Notes: generated from the sequence alone by a model not told the origin. A stretch of 64,000 bases of DNA from Candidatus Eiseniibacteriota bacterium (GCA_963703225.1 OY969801.1:128001-192000); one strand, 5' to 3'. Shown: positions 27,277-37,716, counted from the stretch's first letter. Numbers and translations: made by a program.

Positions 27277-29949
27277 ATGGGGGCACCATTGCCCGAGACG
27301 CTCGCTCACTACACGCTCCTCGAGAAATTGGGCGAGGGCGGGATGGGTGCGGTCTACCGCGCTCGCGACACGCGGCTCGGACGCGACGTCGCGCTCAAGC
27401 TGCTTCACGCCGAAAGTTTCGCCGATAAGACCGCGCGGGAGCGCCTCGTTCGAGAAGCCCGCCTGGCATCGACCCTCAATCACCCGCACATATGCACGAT
27501 CTTCGAGGTTGGAGAGGCGGACGGGCAGACCTTCCTCGCAATGGAGCTCATACCCGGCCGGCCCCTGAGGGAACTGATTCCGCGCGAAGGTCTCCCGGTC
27601 GAGACGCTCCTCCGCTACGGAGCCGAGGTGGCCGGGGCGCTGGAGCACGCACACGAGAAGGGCGTCGTGCACCGCGATCTCAAGAGCTCCAACGTCGCCG
27701 TCACCGAGGACGGGCGCGCCAAGGTGCTCGACTTCGGCCTGGCCAGGCGCACGGCAGCCGGATCCGGCGCCGAGATGCTCACACAAGAGCCAACCCTCAC
27801 GGACTCGGGCGTCATCGCGGGCACGCCGCCCTATCTCGCTCCCGAAGTGCTGCGCGGCGAGCGCGCCAACGAGCAGAGCGACATCTGGGCGCTGGGTGTC
27901 CTCATTTACGAAATGGCTACCGGCGCCCTGCCGTTTCGCGGCGGGACCGCGCACGAGCTGAGCGCCGCGATTCTCAAGGATCCGGTTCCCCCCTTGCCCG
28001 CGCGGGTGCCGGCCGGACTTCGAACGGTGGTCGGGCGCTGCCTCGAGAAGGATCCGTCGCGGCGGTTTCGAAGGGCGGGCGAGGTCCGAGCCGCACTCGA
28101 GGCACTTCAAGGCGGCCTCCACGCGCCGACCGCGGAGCGCGCCTCGCGCGGTCGGATCTGGGCGCCCCGCGCGCTCGCGGCGTTCGTTCTCCTGGCCCTC
28201 GTCGCGGGCGGCGCTTGGCTCATGTGGCGTCAGCCATGGCGAGTCCGCGAGCTGAAGCAGCGGCAGATCACATCGAACACCTCGGAGAGTCCCATCGGCT
28301 GGGGGACCATCTCCCCGGATGGGAAGACCTTGGCCGTCGTCGAAGGAAGTGGGGCCGGTGGCATTTCGTTACGGTCGGTCGACTCCGGAGAGAGCCACTC
28401 CTTGGAACTCCCCCCGGGAGTGTCCCTCCGTGGAGGAATCTTCCCGGTCCTCGATTGGTATCCGGACGGGAGAACGCTTCTGGTGAGCGGGTCGGATTCC
28501 GCGGGCCAACCCCACGAGTGGGCACTTCCCATCCTCGGGGGGCATCCGCGGGTCCTGGTCGACAATGGCAATCTCGCGACGATATCCCACGACGGTGCGC
28601 ACCTCGCGTTCGTTCGGCATGGAGAAAGCGGCGACGACATTTGGTGTTCGGGTCCGAACGGCGAAAATCCGCGGCGCGTCGTGGCCAGTGACTCCAGCGG
28701 AACGAATACCACATGGACCGCGTGGGCACCGGGGGGGCGGCGCCTGGCCTATGTCCGGGCCATGTCCGGACCGCGGGGCGGCGAATTTTGGATTGAGACT
28801 TCGGATCTCCGGGGGCATCGCCGCCGCGCGTTCACATCGACACCCGACCAAAGACTCCATCCGCTCGCCGTTCCCGCCTGGCTTCCCGACGGCCGCATGG
28901 TCTTCGGCCTCAGCGATCCACCTCCGAGCCAGGGGGATATCAATCTCTATTGCCTACGGGTCGATCCACGGACCGGCGCTCCATCCGGGAGACCGCGGCG
29001 CATCACACAATGGCAGCGGGTTTCGGTCGTCGTGCCTTGCGGCGGATCGAGTGACGGCAAGCGGTTGGGTGTCGCTGTCATTTCGTACCAGAGCGATTGC
29101 TACGTCGGCAGGGTCGCGAGCGGCGATTCGATGCTCCAGGGCGTCAAGCGGCTCACTCTCGACAATCGATTCGACATGAACCCGAGCTGGATGCCCAGCG
29201 GCGACGCCATCGTCTTTTCGTCCAATCGGAGCGGCAGCGAAGACATATTCAAGCAGGGGCTGGACGCAACGGAGGCCGAGCCGGTTGCGACGGGCCATGG
29301 GAGCCAGGATATTCCGGTAGTGAGCCCGGACGGCGCCTGGGTCCTCTACATCGATCGAGAGCCAGCCACCGGGCCCGCGGGCGCAGGAAGCGCGCGCCTG
29401 ATGCGCGTGCCGACATCGGGAGGGCCGGCCGTGGCCGTTCTCGAGACCCAGCCGGCCGCCCGGATCGCCTGCGCGCCGCTCCCGTCGATCCGCTGCGCGC
29501 TGGGTGAAATCGAAGGGGGGCAGATCGTCTTTACGGCTTTCGATCCCGTTCGAGGTAGGGGTCGGGAACTCGCGCGCACCGCGGGCGTGGCGTATTCACC
29601 CTGGGGCCTCTCACCCGACGGCGAATCGATCGCGATCGTGAGTTCGGAAGACTCGTTGCCCCGCATCCGAGTTCTCTCGCTCCGAGGGGGAGCGACCCGG
29701 GAGGTGACGATCCATCGCCAGATCGGTGTCGCAAGCATCGGGTGGACGGCCGACGGTCGCGGATGGATCGTCGTCGCGAATGAGGCGCGGGCCTGGCAGC
29801 TGCTGCGAGTGGACGACAAGGGAAATACGTTCGCGATGATCCCGCCGCAGCAATGGATGTACAGCGCGGCCATGTCTCCCGACGGACGCCGCGTCGCCTA
29901 CACGAGCAACACCGTCGACGGGAATATCTGGCTCCTCGAGGACTTCTAG
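27277..29949 (+). CDS. Ser/Thr protein kinase with TM helix and TolB/PD40-like beta-propeller
   Basis: LGEGGMGAVY, HRDLKSSN, DFG, APE; one TM helix; repeated SPDG/W.PDG blades. Confidence 0.92.
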   Translation: MGAPLPETLAHYTLLEKLGEGGMGAVYRARDTRLGRDVALKLLHAESFADKTARERLVREARLASTLNHPHICTIFEVGEADGQTFLAMELIPGRPLRELIPREGLPVETLLRYGAEVAGALEHAHEKGVVHRDLKSSNVAVTEDGRAKVLDFGLARRTAAGSGAEMLTQEPTLTDSGVIAGTPPYLAPEVLRGERANEQSDIWALGVLIYEMATGALPFRGGTAHELSAAILKDPVPPLPARVPAGLRTVVGRCLEKDPSRRFRRAGEVRAALEALQGGLHAPTAERASRGRIWAPRALAAFVLLALVAGGAWLMWRQPWRVRELKQRQITSNTSESPIGWGTISPDGKTLAVVEGSGAGGISLRSVDSGESHSLELPPGVSLRGGIFPVLDWYPDGRTLLVSGSDSAGQPHEWALPILGGHPRVLVDNGNLATISHDGAHLAFVRHGESGDDIWCSGPNGENPRRVVASDSSGTNTTWTAWAPGGRRLAYVRAMSGPRGGEFWIETSDLRGHRRRAFTSTPDQRLHPLAVPAWLPDGRMVFGLSDPPPSQGDINLYCLRVDPRTGAPSGRPRRITQWQRVSVVVPCGGSSDGKRLGVAVISYQSDCYVGRVASGDSMLQGVKRLTLDNRFDMNPSWMPSGDAIVFSSNRSGSEDIFKQGLDATEAEPVATGHGSQDIPVVSPDGAWVLYIDREPATGPAGAGSARLMRVPTSGGPAVAVLETQPAARIACAPLPSIRCALGEIEGGQIVFTAFDPVRGRGRELARTAGVAYSPWGLSPDGESIAIVSSEDSLPRIRVLSLRGGATREVTIHRQIGVASIGWTADGRGWIVVANEARAWQLLRVDDKGNTFAMIPPQQWMYSAAMSPDGRRVAYTSNTVDGNIWLLEDF

Positions 29950-29988
29950 CAGAGAACCGTCGAAGGGGTTGGCGGCGGAGCGAGCGAA

Positions 29989-30279
29989 ATGGGCGACACC
30001 CGGGATGCATTGGGCGGGGGACCCTTGCCGGAAGCGATCGCGCACTACACGATTCTCGAAAGGCTGGGCGAAGGCGGCATGGGAGCTGTCTACCGCGCGC
30101 GCGACACCCGGCTCGGACGGGATGTCGCGCTCAAGCTGCTTCCCGCCGACGCGGTAGCCGATCCGGCCGCGCAGGCGCGCCTCCTCCGGGAAGCCCGCCT
30201 CGCGTCGACGCTCAACCACCCGAATATCTGCACCATCTACGAGGTGGGCGAGGCGGACGGCCAAACCGAGGATTTCTAG
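29989..30279 (+). pseudogene. Truncated Ser/Thr kinase (N-lobe only)
   Basis: Closely parallels the first ~85 aa of the upstream kinase, then stops after EADGQT; no HRD/DFG downstream before the next gene. Confidence 0.75.
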
Positions 30280-30327
30280 CGAGGGCTCCCCGAGGATCCT
30301 GATCAGCGCCCGCTCGGCGGCATTCGT

Positions 30328-31224
30328 CTACTTCCTCGCGGCGACGAAGAGATTGTCCAGGTTGAGGCGCCCACGGCTGACCGTGAAGAGCGCGCGCGCC
30401 GCCCCGAACCAGGTGTTCTTCACGCCTCTGAGGAGCGGACTCCTGCTCCCCGAGACGCTTTGGATGGGATGCATGTGCACGAACTCCACTCGCGAGAATC
30501 CATTCCGCTCCAAGAGCCGCCGCAGGCTCCCGGTGGAATAGTGGTGGAGGTGATCGCGGGCCTGCAGGTAGCCCACGTTCGGCCGCATGCCCCGCAGCAG
30601 CCTCTTGAGCCGGGCCTTGGGTAGCTGGACGTTGATATTGGGCGTGTGCATGAAACAGATTCCGCCTTCCGAGAGGAGGGCGTGGCAATGCCGGAGCAGC
30701 GCGTCCGGCTCCAGGATGTGCTCGATCACATCCCACATGGTGATGATGTCGAACGTGCCCGGTTGAAATCCGGCGTCCTCGAGTCTCCCGCACGCGACGC
30801 GGGCGAGCCCGAGCGTCTCCCGGGCGTACCGCACGGCCCCCGGGGCAATCTCGCAGCCGTGCGCCTCCCAATTCCGGAATGGCTCGATCGTCTTGAGGAA
30901 GAAACCGAGGCCACAACCCACATCGAGGAGCTTCCCGGAGCGCCGCTCGAGAAACTTCCGCGCGAAGTCCTGGTACATCCTCGCGTGGGCGACATTCCAA
31001 TAGAAGACATCAGGCTCCGCCAGCTGCGCGTCCCAATACCCGGCGTAATGGGCCTCGGCCGGGAATGAGGAGAAGACATGGTGACAATGACGGCACCGAA
31101 GGATGTCGGTGCCGAACTCGTGGAAAACAATTTGGTGCTCTGAGCCGCCGCAGAGCATGCAGCGCGGAGCGCTCGGGTGCTGGCCGAACGGATGCCCTTG
31201 GACTTGTTCCTCGGTCAGCGTCAT
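30328..31224 (-). CDS. Class I SAM-dependent methyltransferase with N-terminal Zn-binding motif
   Basis: CMLC..CRHC, LLDVGCGLG, FDIITMWDVIEH. Confidence 0.88.
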   Translation of the reverse strand: MTLTEEQVQGHPFGQHPSAPRCMLCGGSEHQIVFHEFGTDILRCRHCHHVFSSFPAEAHYAGYWDAQLAEPDVFYWNVAHARMYQDFARKFLERRSGKLLDVGCGLGFFLKTIEPFRNWEAHGCEIAPGAVRYARETLGLARVACGRLEDAGFQPGTFDIITMWDVIEHILEPDALLRHCHALLSEGGICFMHTPNINVQLPKARLKRLLRGMRPNVGYLQARDHLHHYSTGSLRRLLERNGFSRVEFVHMHPIQSVSGSRSPLLRGVKNTWFGAARALFTVSRGRLNLDNLFVAARK

Positions 31225-31230
31225 CCCCCG

Positions 31231-31653
31231 TCACTCTCCGATGATCTTGATCAGGACCCGTTTCGGTCGCCGCCCGTCAAACTCGCCATAGAATATCCTC
31301 TCCCAGGGGCCAAAATCGAGCTTCCCCTTGGTGATGGCCACCACCACCTCGCGACCCATGATCTGGCGCTTGTGGTGGGCGTCCGCGTTGTCCTCCCCGG
31401 TCCGGTTGTGGTGGTAGCGCTTGGGGCTCGCGTCGAAGGGGGCGAGTTCCTCGAGCCATCGCTTGTAGTCCTCGTGCAGGCCCGGCTCGTCGTCGTTGAT
31501 GAAGACGCTCGCCGTGATGTGCATCGCGTTGACGAGGCAGAGCCCCTCTTGGACGCCGCTCGCCTCCACCGCGTCCTCCACTTCCGGGGTGATGTGGACG
31601 AAGTCCATCCTCGCGGGGACGTTGAACGTCAGGGTCTTTCGGTAGCTCTTCAT
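31231..31653 (-). CDS. YjbQ/UPF0047 family protein
   Basis: [38 protein letters not shown] before ATG 31653. Confidence 0.92.
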   Translation of the reverse strand: MKSYRKTLTFNVPARMDFVHITPEVEDAVEASGVQEGLCLVNAMHITASVFINDDEPGLHEDYKRWLEELAPFDASPKRYHHNRTGEDNADAHHKRQIMGREVVVAITKGKLDFGPWERIFYGEFDGRRPKRVLIKIIGE

Positions 31654-31663
31654 GGTCTCTCCA

Positions 31664-32260
31664 TCATTCGAACAGGAGCCTTCGTTGCGCGGCCGCCCGG
31701 CGCCTGGCTTGCGCCTGCTGCAAGAGCGCGAGCGTCGCGAGGGTCTTCTGGCACCACGCCACCGTCGCTTCGGACTGGCGCTCGACAAACTCCAAGGAGA
31801 AAAGCCAGAAGCGGAGGTTGGGGTGGCGGTGGTCACCCCGTGGAAGCTGGTCTTGGAGCTTGCGGAGCCGACGCACTTGCTCCGACTCGTCCTCGAGAAG
31901 GGCCCGGATCCACGCCTCGGGGGGATCGAGAAACTCTCGATCCGCGAGAAAGAGCTTCAGGAGTAGCTCGTTTCGAGGGCGCGGCGTCCTGGGCGTCTCG
32001 CGAAGCCACCGGCCGAAGGCGTCCTTGCCCTTGGCCGTGATCGCGTAGACCCGCCGCGTGCGGCCTCCCGCGCGCTCCGAATGGCGGCGGGCCCAACCCG
32101 CGGCGGCGAGGTCCCGGAGCGCCGGATAGATCTGCCCGTAACTCTCGCTCCAGAAGTAGGCGGTATTCTGCGCCAGCTCTTTTCGGATTTCATATCCCGA
32201 CATGGGAGCCATCCGGAGCAATCCCAAGATCACGTAGGGGGTGGCGCGCCGCGCGAGCAT
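31664..32260 (-). CDS. PadR family transcriptional regulator (with C-terminal domain)
   Basis: [40 protein letters not shown]. Confidence 0.92.
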   Translation of the reverse strand: MLARRATPYVILGLLRMAPMSGYEIRKELAQNTAYFWSESYGQIYPALRDLAAAGWARRHSERAGGRTRRVYAITAKGKDAFGRWLRETPRTPRPRNELLLKLFLADREFLDPPEAWIRALLEDESEQVRRLRKLQDQLPRGDHRHPNLRFWLFSLEFVERQSEATVAWCQKTLATLALLQQAQARRRAAAQRRLLFE

Positions 32261-32266
32261 CGCGGG

Positions 32267-32289
32267 AGTATATATCTAACAGATAGGTA
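32267..32289 (-). promoter_or_regulatory. padR -10 box (TATACT) overlapped by imperfect inverted repeat, candidate operator
   Basis: TATATATCT-AAC-AGATAGGTA at 32269-32289; TATACT is 6 nt upstream of ATG 32260. Confidence 0.6.
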
Positions 32290-32406
32290 AAGAGGGGCGC
32301 CGAGCCTGCCGGCGGCTCGCCCCTCCGGTTAATTGCCAGCAGGGCAATGGGTTGCGGCATGCGCAGTTTTGTTGACCCCTTCCCGCGACACCCGCTATGG
32401 TACCGC

Positions 32407-32835
32407 ATGCCTTCCGCAAGGCCCACCCCGGCGCAACATCCAATCGAGTGCAGCGACGACGCCGCGCGGATCGACATGGCGCAGCTCCTCGAGCTCTATC
32501 AGATCACCTGGTGGGCGCATGACCGAAGCGTCGACCAGGTTCGTCGGGCGCTCGAGCATTCGCGGCCGATCATCAGCGCGTGGGACGGAGCGCAGATGGT
32601 GGGCTTTGCCCGGGTCATTTCGGATCTCACCTATCGCGCGACGATCTGGGATGTGATCGTGCGGCCGTCCCACCAGGGCCGCGGCGTCGGGAAATTGATC
32701 CTGCACCGCGTGCTCGAGCATCCCGATCTTCGGACGGTCACCAATTTCCTCCTGCTGACCAAGGACAAGCACGCGTTCTACGAGCGCCTCGGTTTCCGGA
32801 CGGAGCCAGGCACGGCGATGACGTTCCGACGGTAG
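32407..32835 (+). CDS. GNAT family N-acetyltransferase
   Basis: VGFARVISD, DVIVRPSHQGRGVG, FYERLGF. Confidence 0.9.
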   Translation: MPSARPTPAQHPIECSDDAARIDMAQLLELYQITWWAHDRSVDQVRRALEHSRPIISAWDGAQMVGFARVISDLTYRATIWDVIVRPSHQGRGVGKLILHRVLEHPDLRTVTNFLLLTKDKHAFYERLGFRTEPGTAMTFRR

Positions 32836-32875
32836 CCGGGGCGCCCGCGGAGGATCGTTGGGCGGAGGGGTCGAC

Positions 32876-33682
32876 ATGAAGGATACAAAGGAAAAGGTCG
32901 CCGCTTCGATTCAGGAGGCCAAGGCCGATCTCGAGCGTGCGTTGAGCGAGCTGGAGCACCTGCCCACCTTTGACAGCGGGAGCATCGCGTTCGCGGCCCA
33001 CGCCCTTCACAACTACTTGACCGTGATCAGCGGCACGATCGAGCTTCTCTCTCGCTCTCTCGAGAGCCATCGCGACGTCGACGTCCACCGATGGCTGGAC
33101 GGCCTGCTCCGGACCACCGAGGTCATGGCTCACACCGTGAATCAGATGATGGGGACGGCGGCGGACGCCGGGCCCACCCCCGCCCGCGATCGCGTCGACC
33201 TGCCGATGCTGGTCCGCCGCACCTGTCAATACTACGAGCGGCTCGCTGCTCGGAAGCGGATCCGAATCGTCATGGAAACCGGTAGTGCCGTGCCGCCCGC
33301 CCTGGGCGATCGGCTGGCCATCGCGGCGGCTTTGGACAACCTGCTCTCGAACGCGGTGAAATTTTCCGAGCCCGGGAAGCGCGTCACCGTCGAGGTGCAC
33401 GAGAAGTCGGGCCGCCTGGTCTGCAGCGTCAAGGACGAAGGCCCCGGGCTGAGCGCCGAGGACCAGGCGAAGCTGTTCCAGCGAGGCGCCCAGCTCACCC
33501 CCAAGCCCACGGCGGGCGAGCCCTCCACCGGATACGGGCTCGCCGTGGCGAGGGACTTGATCGAGAAACAGGGCGGGCGGATCTGGTGCGAGAGCCAATT
33601 GGGGCGGGGGGCTCGGTTCTCGTTCGAGCTGCCCAGCTACCGCGAAGCTTCTTCGACGGCCGGCGTGGGTCCCGCCGCTTGA
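32876..33682 (+). CDS. Soluble histidine kinase (HisKA + HATPase, no sensor domain)
   Basis: AAHALHNYL (H box), NLLSNAVKF, DEGPG, F box, TGYGL. Confidence 0.85.
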   Translation: MKDTKEKVAASIQEAKADLERALSELEHLPTFDSGSIAFAAHALHNYLTVISGTIELLSRSLESHRDVDVHRWLDGLLRTTEVMAHTVNQMMGTAADAGPTPARDRVDLPMLVRRTCQYYERLAARKRIRIVMETGSAVPPALGDRLAIAAALDNLLSNAVKFSEPGKRVTVEVHEKSGRLVCSVKDEGPGLSAEDQAKLFQRGAQLTPKPTAGEPSTGYGLAVARDLIEKQGGRIWCESQLGRGARFSFELPSYREASSTAGVGPAA

Positions 33683-33744
33683 CCCCCGCCAAACGCGCCG
33701 CGAGGAACGATACCCACCGTGCAGCTCATAGGGAGGCGAACGGA

Positions 33745-35076
33745 ATGGAGAGCTTGAAGACGGCCAAGGACGTCGTGAAATTCTGTGAGGAGCGTGGAGT
33801 GGAGATGATCCACCTGTGGTTCGTGGATATCCTCGGCCAGCTCAAAGCGGTGGCGATCACCCTGCGCGAGCTGGGCGTGGCGCTCGCGGAAGGGGTGGGG
33901 GTGGACGGCTCCTCGGTCGAGGGCTTTGCCCGGATCTATGAGAGCGACCTCGTCGCCATGCCCGATATCTCCACGTTCCAGCTGCTCCCGTGGAAGGTGA
34001 ACGGCGAAAACGTCGGCCGAATCATCTGCGACATCTTCAATCCCGACGGCTCCCATTACATGGGCGATACGCGCTACGTATTGAAGCGGCTCGGGAAGAA
34101 GCTGGAGAAAGAGGGCTACACGGCCTACCTGGGGCCGGAGCTTGAGTACTTCTACTTCAAGGGACTCAAGGATCGGACGCTCCTCGACGCGGCGGGGTAC
34201 TTCGACCAGGTTCCCGACGACATCGGGACCGAGCTCAGGTCGCGGACGGTGGAGGCGCTCCAGGCGATGGAGATCTCCGTGGAGGCTTCCCACCACGAGG
34301 TGGCGCACAGCCAGCACGAGATCGACCTCCGCTACGCAGACGCGCTCAAGATGGCCGACCAGACGATCACCTACCGATACGTCGTCAAGGAGATCGCGCG
34401 GCAGAGCGGATACTACGCGACCTTCATGCCCAAGCCCGTGCACGGCCAGAACGGAAGCGGCATGCACGTCCACCAGTCGCTCTTCAAGGCGGGCAAGAAC
34501 GTCTTCTTCGACGCCAAGGACAAGCACCACCTCTCCAAGAACGGGCGCGCGTACCTCGCGGGGCTTCTCACCCACATGCGGGAGATCTCGTCCATCACCA
34601 ACCAGTGGGTGAACTCGTACAAGCGTTTGGTTCCGGGATTCGAGGCCCCGGTCTACATCGCCTGGGGACAGCGGAACCGCTCCGCGCTCGTCCGTGTACC
34701 CATGTACAAGCCCGGGAAGGAAAAGGCGACCCGGATCGAGCTTCGCTGCCCGGATCCGGCCTGCAACCCCTACCTCGCCTTCTCGGTCTGCCTCGCGGCC
34801 GGCCTCAAGGGGATCGACGCGGGCTATACGCTCCGGCCTCCGGTCGAAGACGATATCTACGAGATGGACGCGCACGAGCGGAAGGAGCACGACATCGAGA
34901 GCCTCCCGGGGAGTCTGTTCGAGGCGCTTGAGCTGACGGCGAAATCGAAGCTCGTGAAGGAGACGCTCGGAGAGCACGTCTACACGAAATTCCTAGAGAA
35001 TAAGCGCATCGAATGGGACAATTACCGCACATGGGTCACCGACTATGAGCTCAACGAGTACTACCCCATTCTCTAG
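33745..35076 (+). CDS. glnA: Glutamine synthetase type I
   Basis: DGSS, GPELEY, HHEVA..QHE, FMPKP..NGSGMH, NSYKRLVPGFEAP, RIELRCPD. Confidence 0.96.
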   Translation: MESLKTAKDVVKFCEERGVEMIHLWFVDILGQLKAVAITLRELGVALAEGVGVDGSSVEGFARIYESDLVAMPDISTFQLLPWKVNGENVGRIICDIFNPDGSHYMGDTRYVLKRLGKKLEKEGYTAYLGPELEYFYFKGLKDRTLLDAAGYFDQVPDDIGTELRSRTVEALQAMEISVEASHHEVAHSQHEIDLRYADALKMADQTITYRYVVKEIARQSGYYATFMPKPVHGQNGSGMHVHQSLFKAGKNVFFDAKDKHHLSKNGRAYLAGLLTHMREISSITNQWVNSYKRLVPGFEAPVYIAWGQRNRSALVRVPMYKPGKEKATRIELRCPDPACNPYLAFSVCLAAGLKGIDAGYTLRPPVEDDIYEMDAHERKEHDIESLPGSLFEALELTAKSKLVKETLGEHVYTKFLENKRIEWDNYRTWVTDYELNEYYPIL

Positions 35077-35629
35077 GACGCTTGCCGCCGCGCTCGCGGT
35101 GGCGCTCGTGCTCTCCTCGGGCTGCGGTAAAGGCGGCCCGAGGGAGCACGGAGGCGAAGCCACATCCGCCGGCGGATCCGCGGGAGCCGGTGGTTCTCCG
35201 GGCGCGGTCGGGACCGTCGGCGCGGCGTACGCGCTTCCCGATCTCGAAGGGAACATCGTCAAGAACACCGACTTCCTCGGCAAGGTCGTGATCCTCGATT
35301 TCTGGGCCACCTGGTGCGGGCCCTGCCGGATGGAGATCCCGCACTTTATCGAGCTGCAGAAGAAGTACAAGGATCAGGGGCTGGAAATCGTGGGGCTCTC
35401 CCTCGACGACGGGGGCGCCAAGGATGTGAAGCCGTTTGCCGACGAGCACGGGATCAACTACACGATGCTCATCGCGAACGGCGAGACGGCCAAGGCCTAC
35501 GGCGGCATCAGTGGAATTCCGACCACGTTCGTCGTCGACAAGAGCGGGAAGATCGTGAATCGGTTCCTCGGCTACACCGATCCCAGCGTCTTCGAGACCA
35601 CGATCCAACCCCTGCTCGCGGCCAACTAG
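35045..35629 (+). CDS. TlpA/ResA-like thiol-disulfide reductase lipoprotein
   Basis: Lipobox-like LSSGC, FWATWCGPC, IPTT. Confidence 0.9.
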   Translation: MSSTSTTPFSRTLAAALAVALVLSSGCGKGGPREHGGEATSAGGSAGAGGSPGAVGTVGAAYALPDLEGNIVKNTDFLGKVVILDFWATWCGPCRMEIPHFIELQKKYKDQGLEIVGLSLDDGGAKDVKPFADEHGINYTMLIANGETAKAYGGISGIPTTFVVDKSGKIVNRFLGYTDPSVFETTIQPLLAAN

Positions 35630-35659
35630 CGCCCTCCGCCGAAAGCCCCGGATCGCTCC

Positions 35660-36400
35660 GTGTTCGACGCCCACTTGAACCAGGTTTCCCTGATCGCGGC
35701 GTTTCTGGCCGGCGTCGCCTCGTTTGTCTCGCCCTGCGTGCTCCCGCTCGTTCCTTCCTACATCACGTTCATCACGGGGCTCTCCTTTGACGAGCTGACG
35801 GCCAAGGATCAGGGGCCCCGCGTCCGGCGATTGACGCTGGTCCACTCGCTCGCCTTCATCCTCGGCTTCTCCATCGTCTTCGTGGCGCTGGGGGCGACGG
35901 CCACGGCGGCGGGGCAGTTCCTCCGCGAGCACCAGGACACGCTCCGCATCGCCGGCGGCGTCCTCATCGTCTTTTTCGGGATCTACCTCACCGGGATCAT
36001 TCCCATTCCGTTTCTCTCCCGGCAGCAGAAATTCCAGTGGAGCGGGAAGCCGTTCGGGGTCCTCGGCTCCGTGCTCGTGGGCGTCACCTTCGCGGCCGGA
36101 TGGACTCCCTGCATCGGCCCGATCCTCGCCTCGATCCTCCTCTACGCCAGCACCGCGGGCACCGTCGGCTCCGGGATCCTGCTCCTCAGCGTCTATTCGC
36201 TGGGATTGGGCGTCCCGTTTCTCCTCGCGTCGCTCGGGATGAACTCGTTTCTGGCCGCATCGAGCCGTCTCCGTCGCTCACTTCGCACGATCGAGGTGGT
36301 GAGCGGTGCAATTTTGATTGTCTTTGGTCTCGCGCTTGTCACGAACGTCTTCTCGCACTTCGTTTCGTTCCTCGCACGCTATCTTCCCGCGATCGGCTGA
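35660..36400 (+). CDS. ccdA: Cytochrome c biogenesis protein CcdA
   Basis: SPCVLPLVP, WTPCIGPIL, about 6 TM segments. Confidence 0.92.
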   Translation: MFDAHLNQVSLIAAFLAGVASFVSPCVLPLVPSYITFITGLSFDELTAKDQGPRVRRLTLVHSLAFILGFSIVFVALGATATAAGQFLREHQDTLRIAGGVLIVFFGIYLTGIIPIPFLSRQQKFQWSGKPFGVLGSVLVGVTFAAGWTPCIGPILASILLYASTAGTVGSGILLLSVYSLGLGVPFLLASLGMNSFLAASSRLRRSLRTIEVVSGAILIVFGLALVTNVFSHFVSFLARYLPAIG

Positions 36401-36410
36401 CGCTCCGCCC

Positions 36411-36437
36411 TAAACATTCGCGTCGAAAAACCGATAG
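36411..36437 (+). promoter_or_regulatory. Candidate sigma28 (FliA/WhiG-type) promoter
   Basis: TAAA-N15-ACCGATAG versus consensus TAAA-N15-GCCGATAA; intergenic. Confidence 0.5.
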
Positions 36438-36543
36438 GTCACTCGTGGGGCCACAAGGAGGGGGAGCCCCTTTGAGACTCGGTCCACGCGAATGGAATCC
36501 TCTCCCTGGGGCCGGGCTCCGGGCCCGACTCCGGAACGAGGCG

Positions 36544-37716
36544 ATGGCGACCAAAACACGAGCACCCAGCCAACCCAACGTCATCACTCCCGCGTCGGAA
36601 TCGCTCCCGGGCGCGCTCGCGCTCCTCACCGGGCTCAACCAAGTCGCGCGATCCCTCGTCCCCTTTGAAGCCGGCAATACGTCGCTCGCGCAGGTGGTCG
36701 AAGGCGCGAGCCGCATCCTCCACCCCGACGGCATCGCCATCCTCGTGAGGGACCGCGAAGGCGAGTACGTCTTCAAGGTGGTCGACGGCGTGCTCTCCGA
36801 GTGGAATCACTTCGTTCTCTCGGGGGGAGGCATCGAGCTTCTGGACGGGCTCTTGGCCCGCGACTCCGTCACCCTCTTTCAGCGCAAGCAGCGCACCCCC
36901 TGGGCGCGCGAGTTCCTCTTTGCCGCGGGCATGACGTGGGGCGCGCTCGCGCCGATCCGGGTTCAGGGGGAAATGATCGGGGCGCTCCTCGTGAACCACT
37001 CCAAGCCGCTCCCCTTCCGCGCCGAGCACATCGCGGCGTTGCGGGGATTGGCCACGCTCGCCGGCGTCGCGGAACGCGAGGACAGTCACCGCGCCCATCT
37101 GGAAGAGCTATTCATGAGCGTGATCGTCTCGCTCACGATGGCCCTCGAAGCCAAGGATCCCGACACCGAGGGGCATTCGGTTCGGGTCGCGGCGTATTCC
37201 GAGGCGATCGGCAAGGAGCTGGGCCTGCCGCCCAAGGCGCTCGACGTAATCCACCGCGCCTGCCTTGTCCACGACATCGGAAAGATCGCGGTGGACGAAA
37301 ACATCCTCACCAAGCAGCTTCCGTTGAACACCCTCGAGCGCGAGAAGATGGACATGCACCCGCTGATCGGGGAGAGCATTCTTCGCCCCATCGCCTTGCT
37401 TCGGCCCCTGCTCCCGGGCGTGCGCTCGCACCACGAGCACTACGACGGGACCGGCTATCCGGACGGGCTGGCAGGTGAGGCGATCCCGATCGAAGCGCGG
37501 ATCATGGCGGTGGCCGACGCGTTCGACGCCATGACGTCAAATCGTCCGTACCGAAACGCGCTGCCCGAAGAGGACGCCTTGGTCGAGCTGCGGCGGAACG
37601 CCGGGACCCACTTTGATCCGCGGGTGGTCGCCGCGTTCGAGCAGATTTATCCCGCCGTCAAGCGGACGCTGGAGCACATGCGCCCGCGCGCGGCCCGGAT
37701 CAGCGGCCGGGATTGA
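36544..37716 (+). CDS. GAF + HD-GYP cyclic dinucleotide phosphodiesterase
   Basis: TEGHSVRV, HDIGK, HHEHYDGTGYPDGL, VADAFDAM..RPYR; alternative TTG start at 36472. Confidence 0.9.
   Translation: MATKTRAPSQPNVITPASESLPGALALLTGLNQVARSLVPFEAGNTSLAQVVEGASRILHPDGIAILVRDREGEYVFKVVDGVLSEWNHFVLSGGGIELLDGLLARDSVTLFQRKQRTPWAREFLFAAGMTWGALAPIRVQGEMIGALLVNHSKPLPFRAEHIAALRGLATLAGVAEREDSHRAHLEELFMSVIVSLTMALEAKDPDTEGHSVRVAAYSEAIGKELGLPPKALDVIHRACLVHDIGKIAVDENILTKQLPLNTLEREKMDMHPLIGESILRPIALLRPLLPGVRSHHEHYDGTGYPDGLAGEAIPIEARIMAVADAFDAMTSNRPYRNALPEEDALVELRRNAGTHFDPRVVAAFEQIYPAVKRTLEHMRPRAARISGRD

Noticed and set aside
36440..36543. Possible c-di-GMP riboswitch upstream of HD-GYP
   Set aside because: I could not identify GEMM motif elements; the 9-bp inverted repeat there includes untranscribed promoter sequence.
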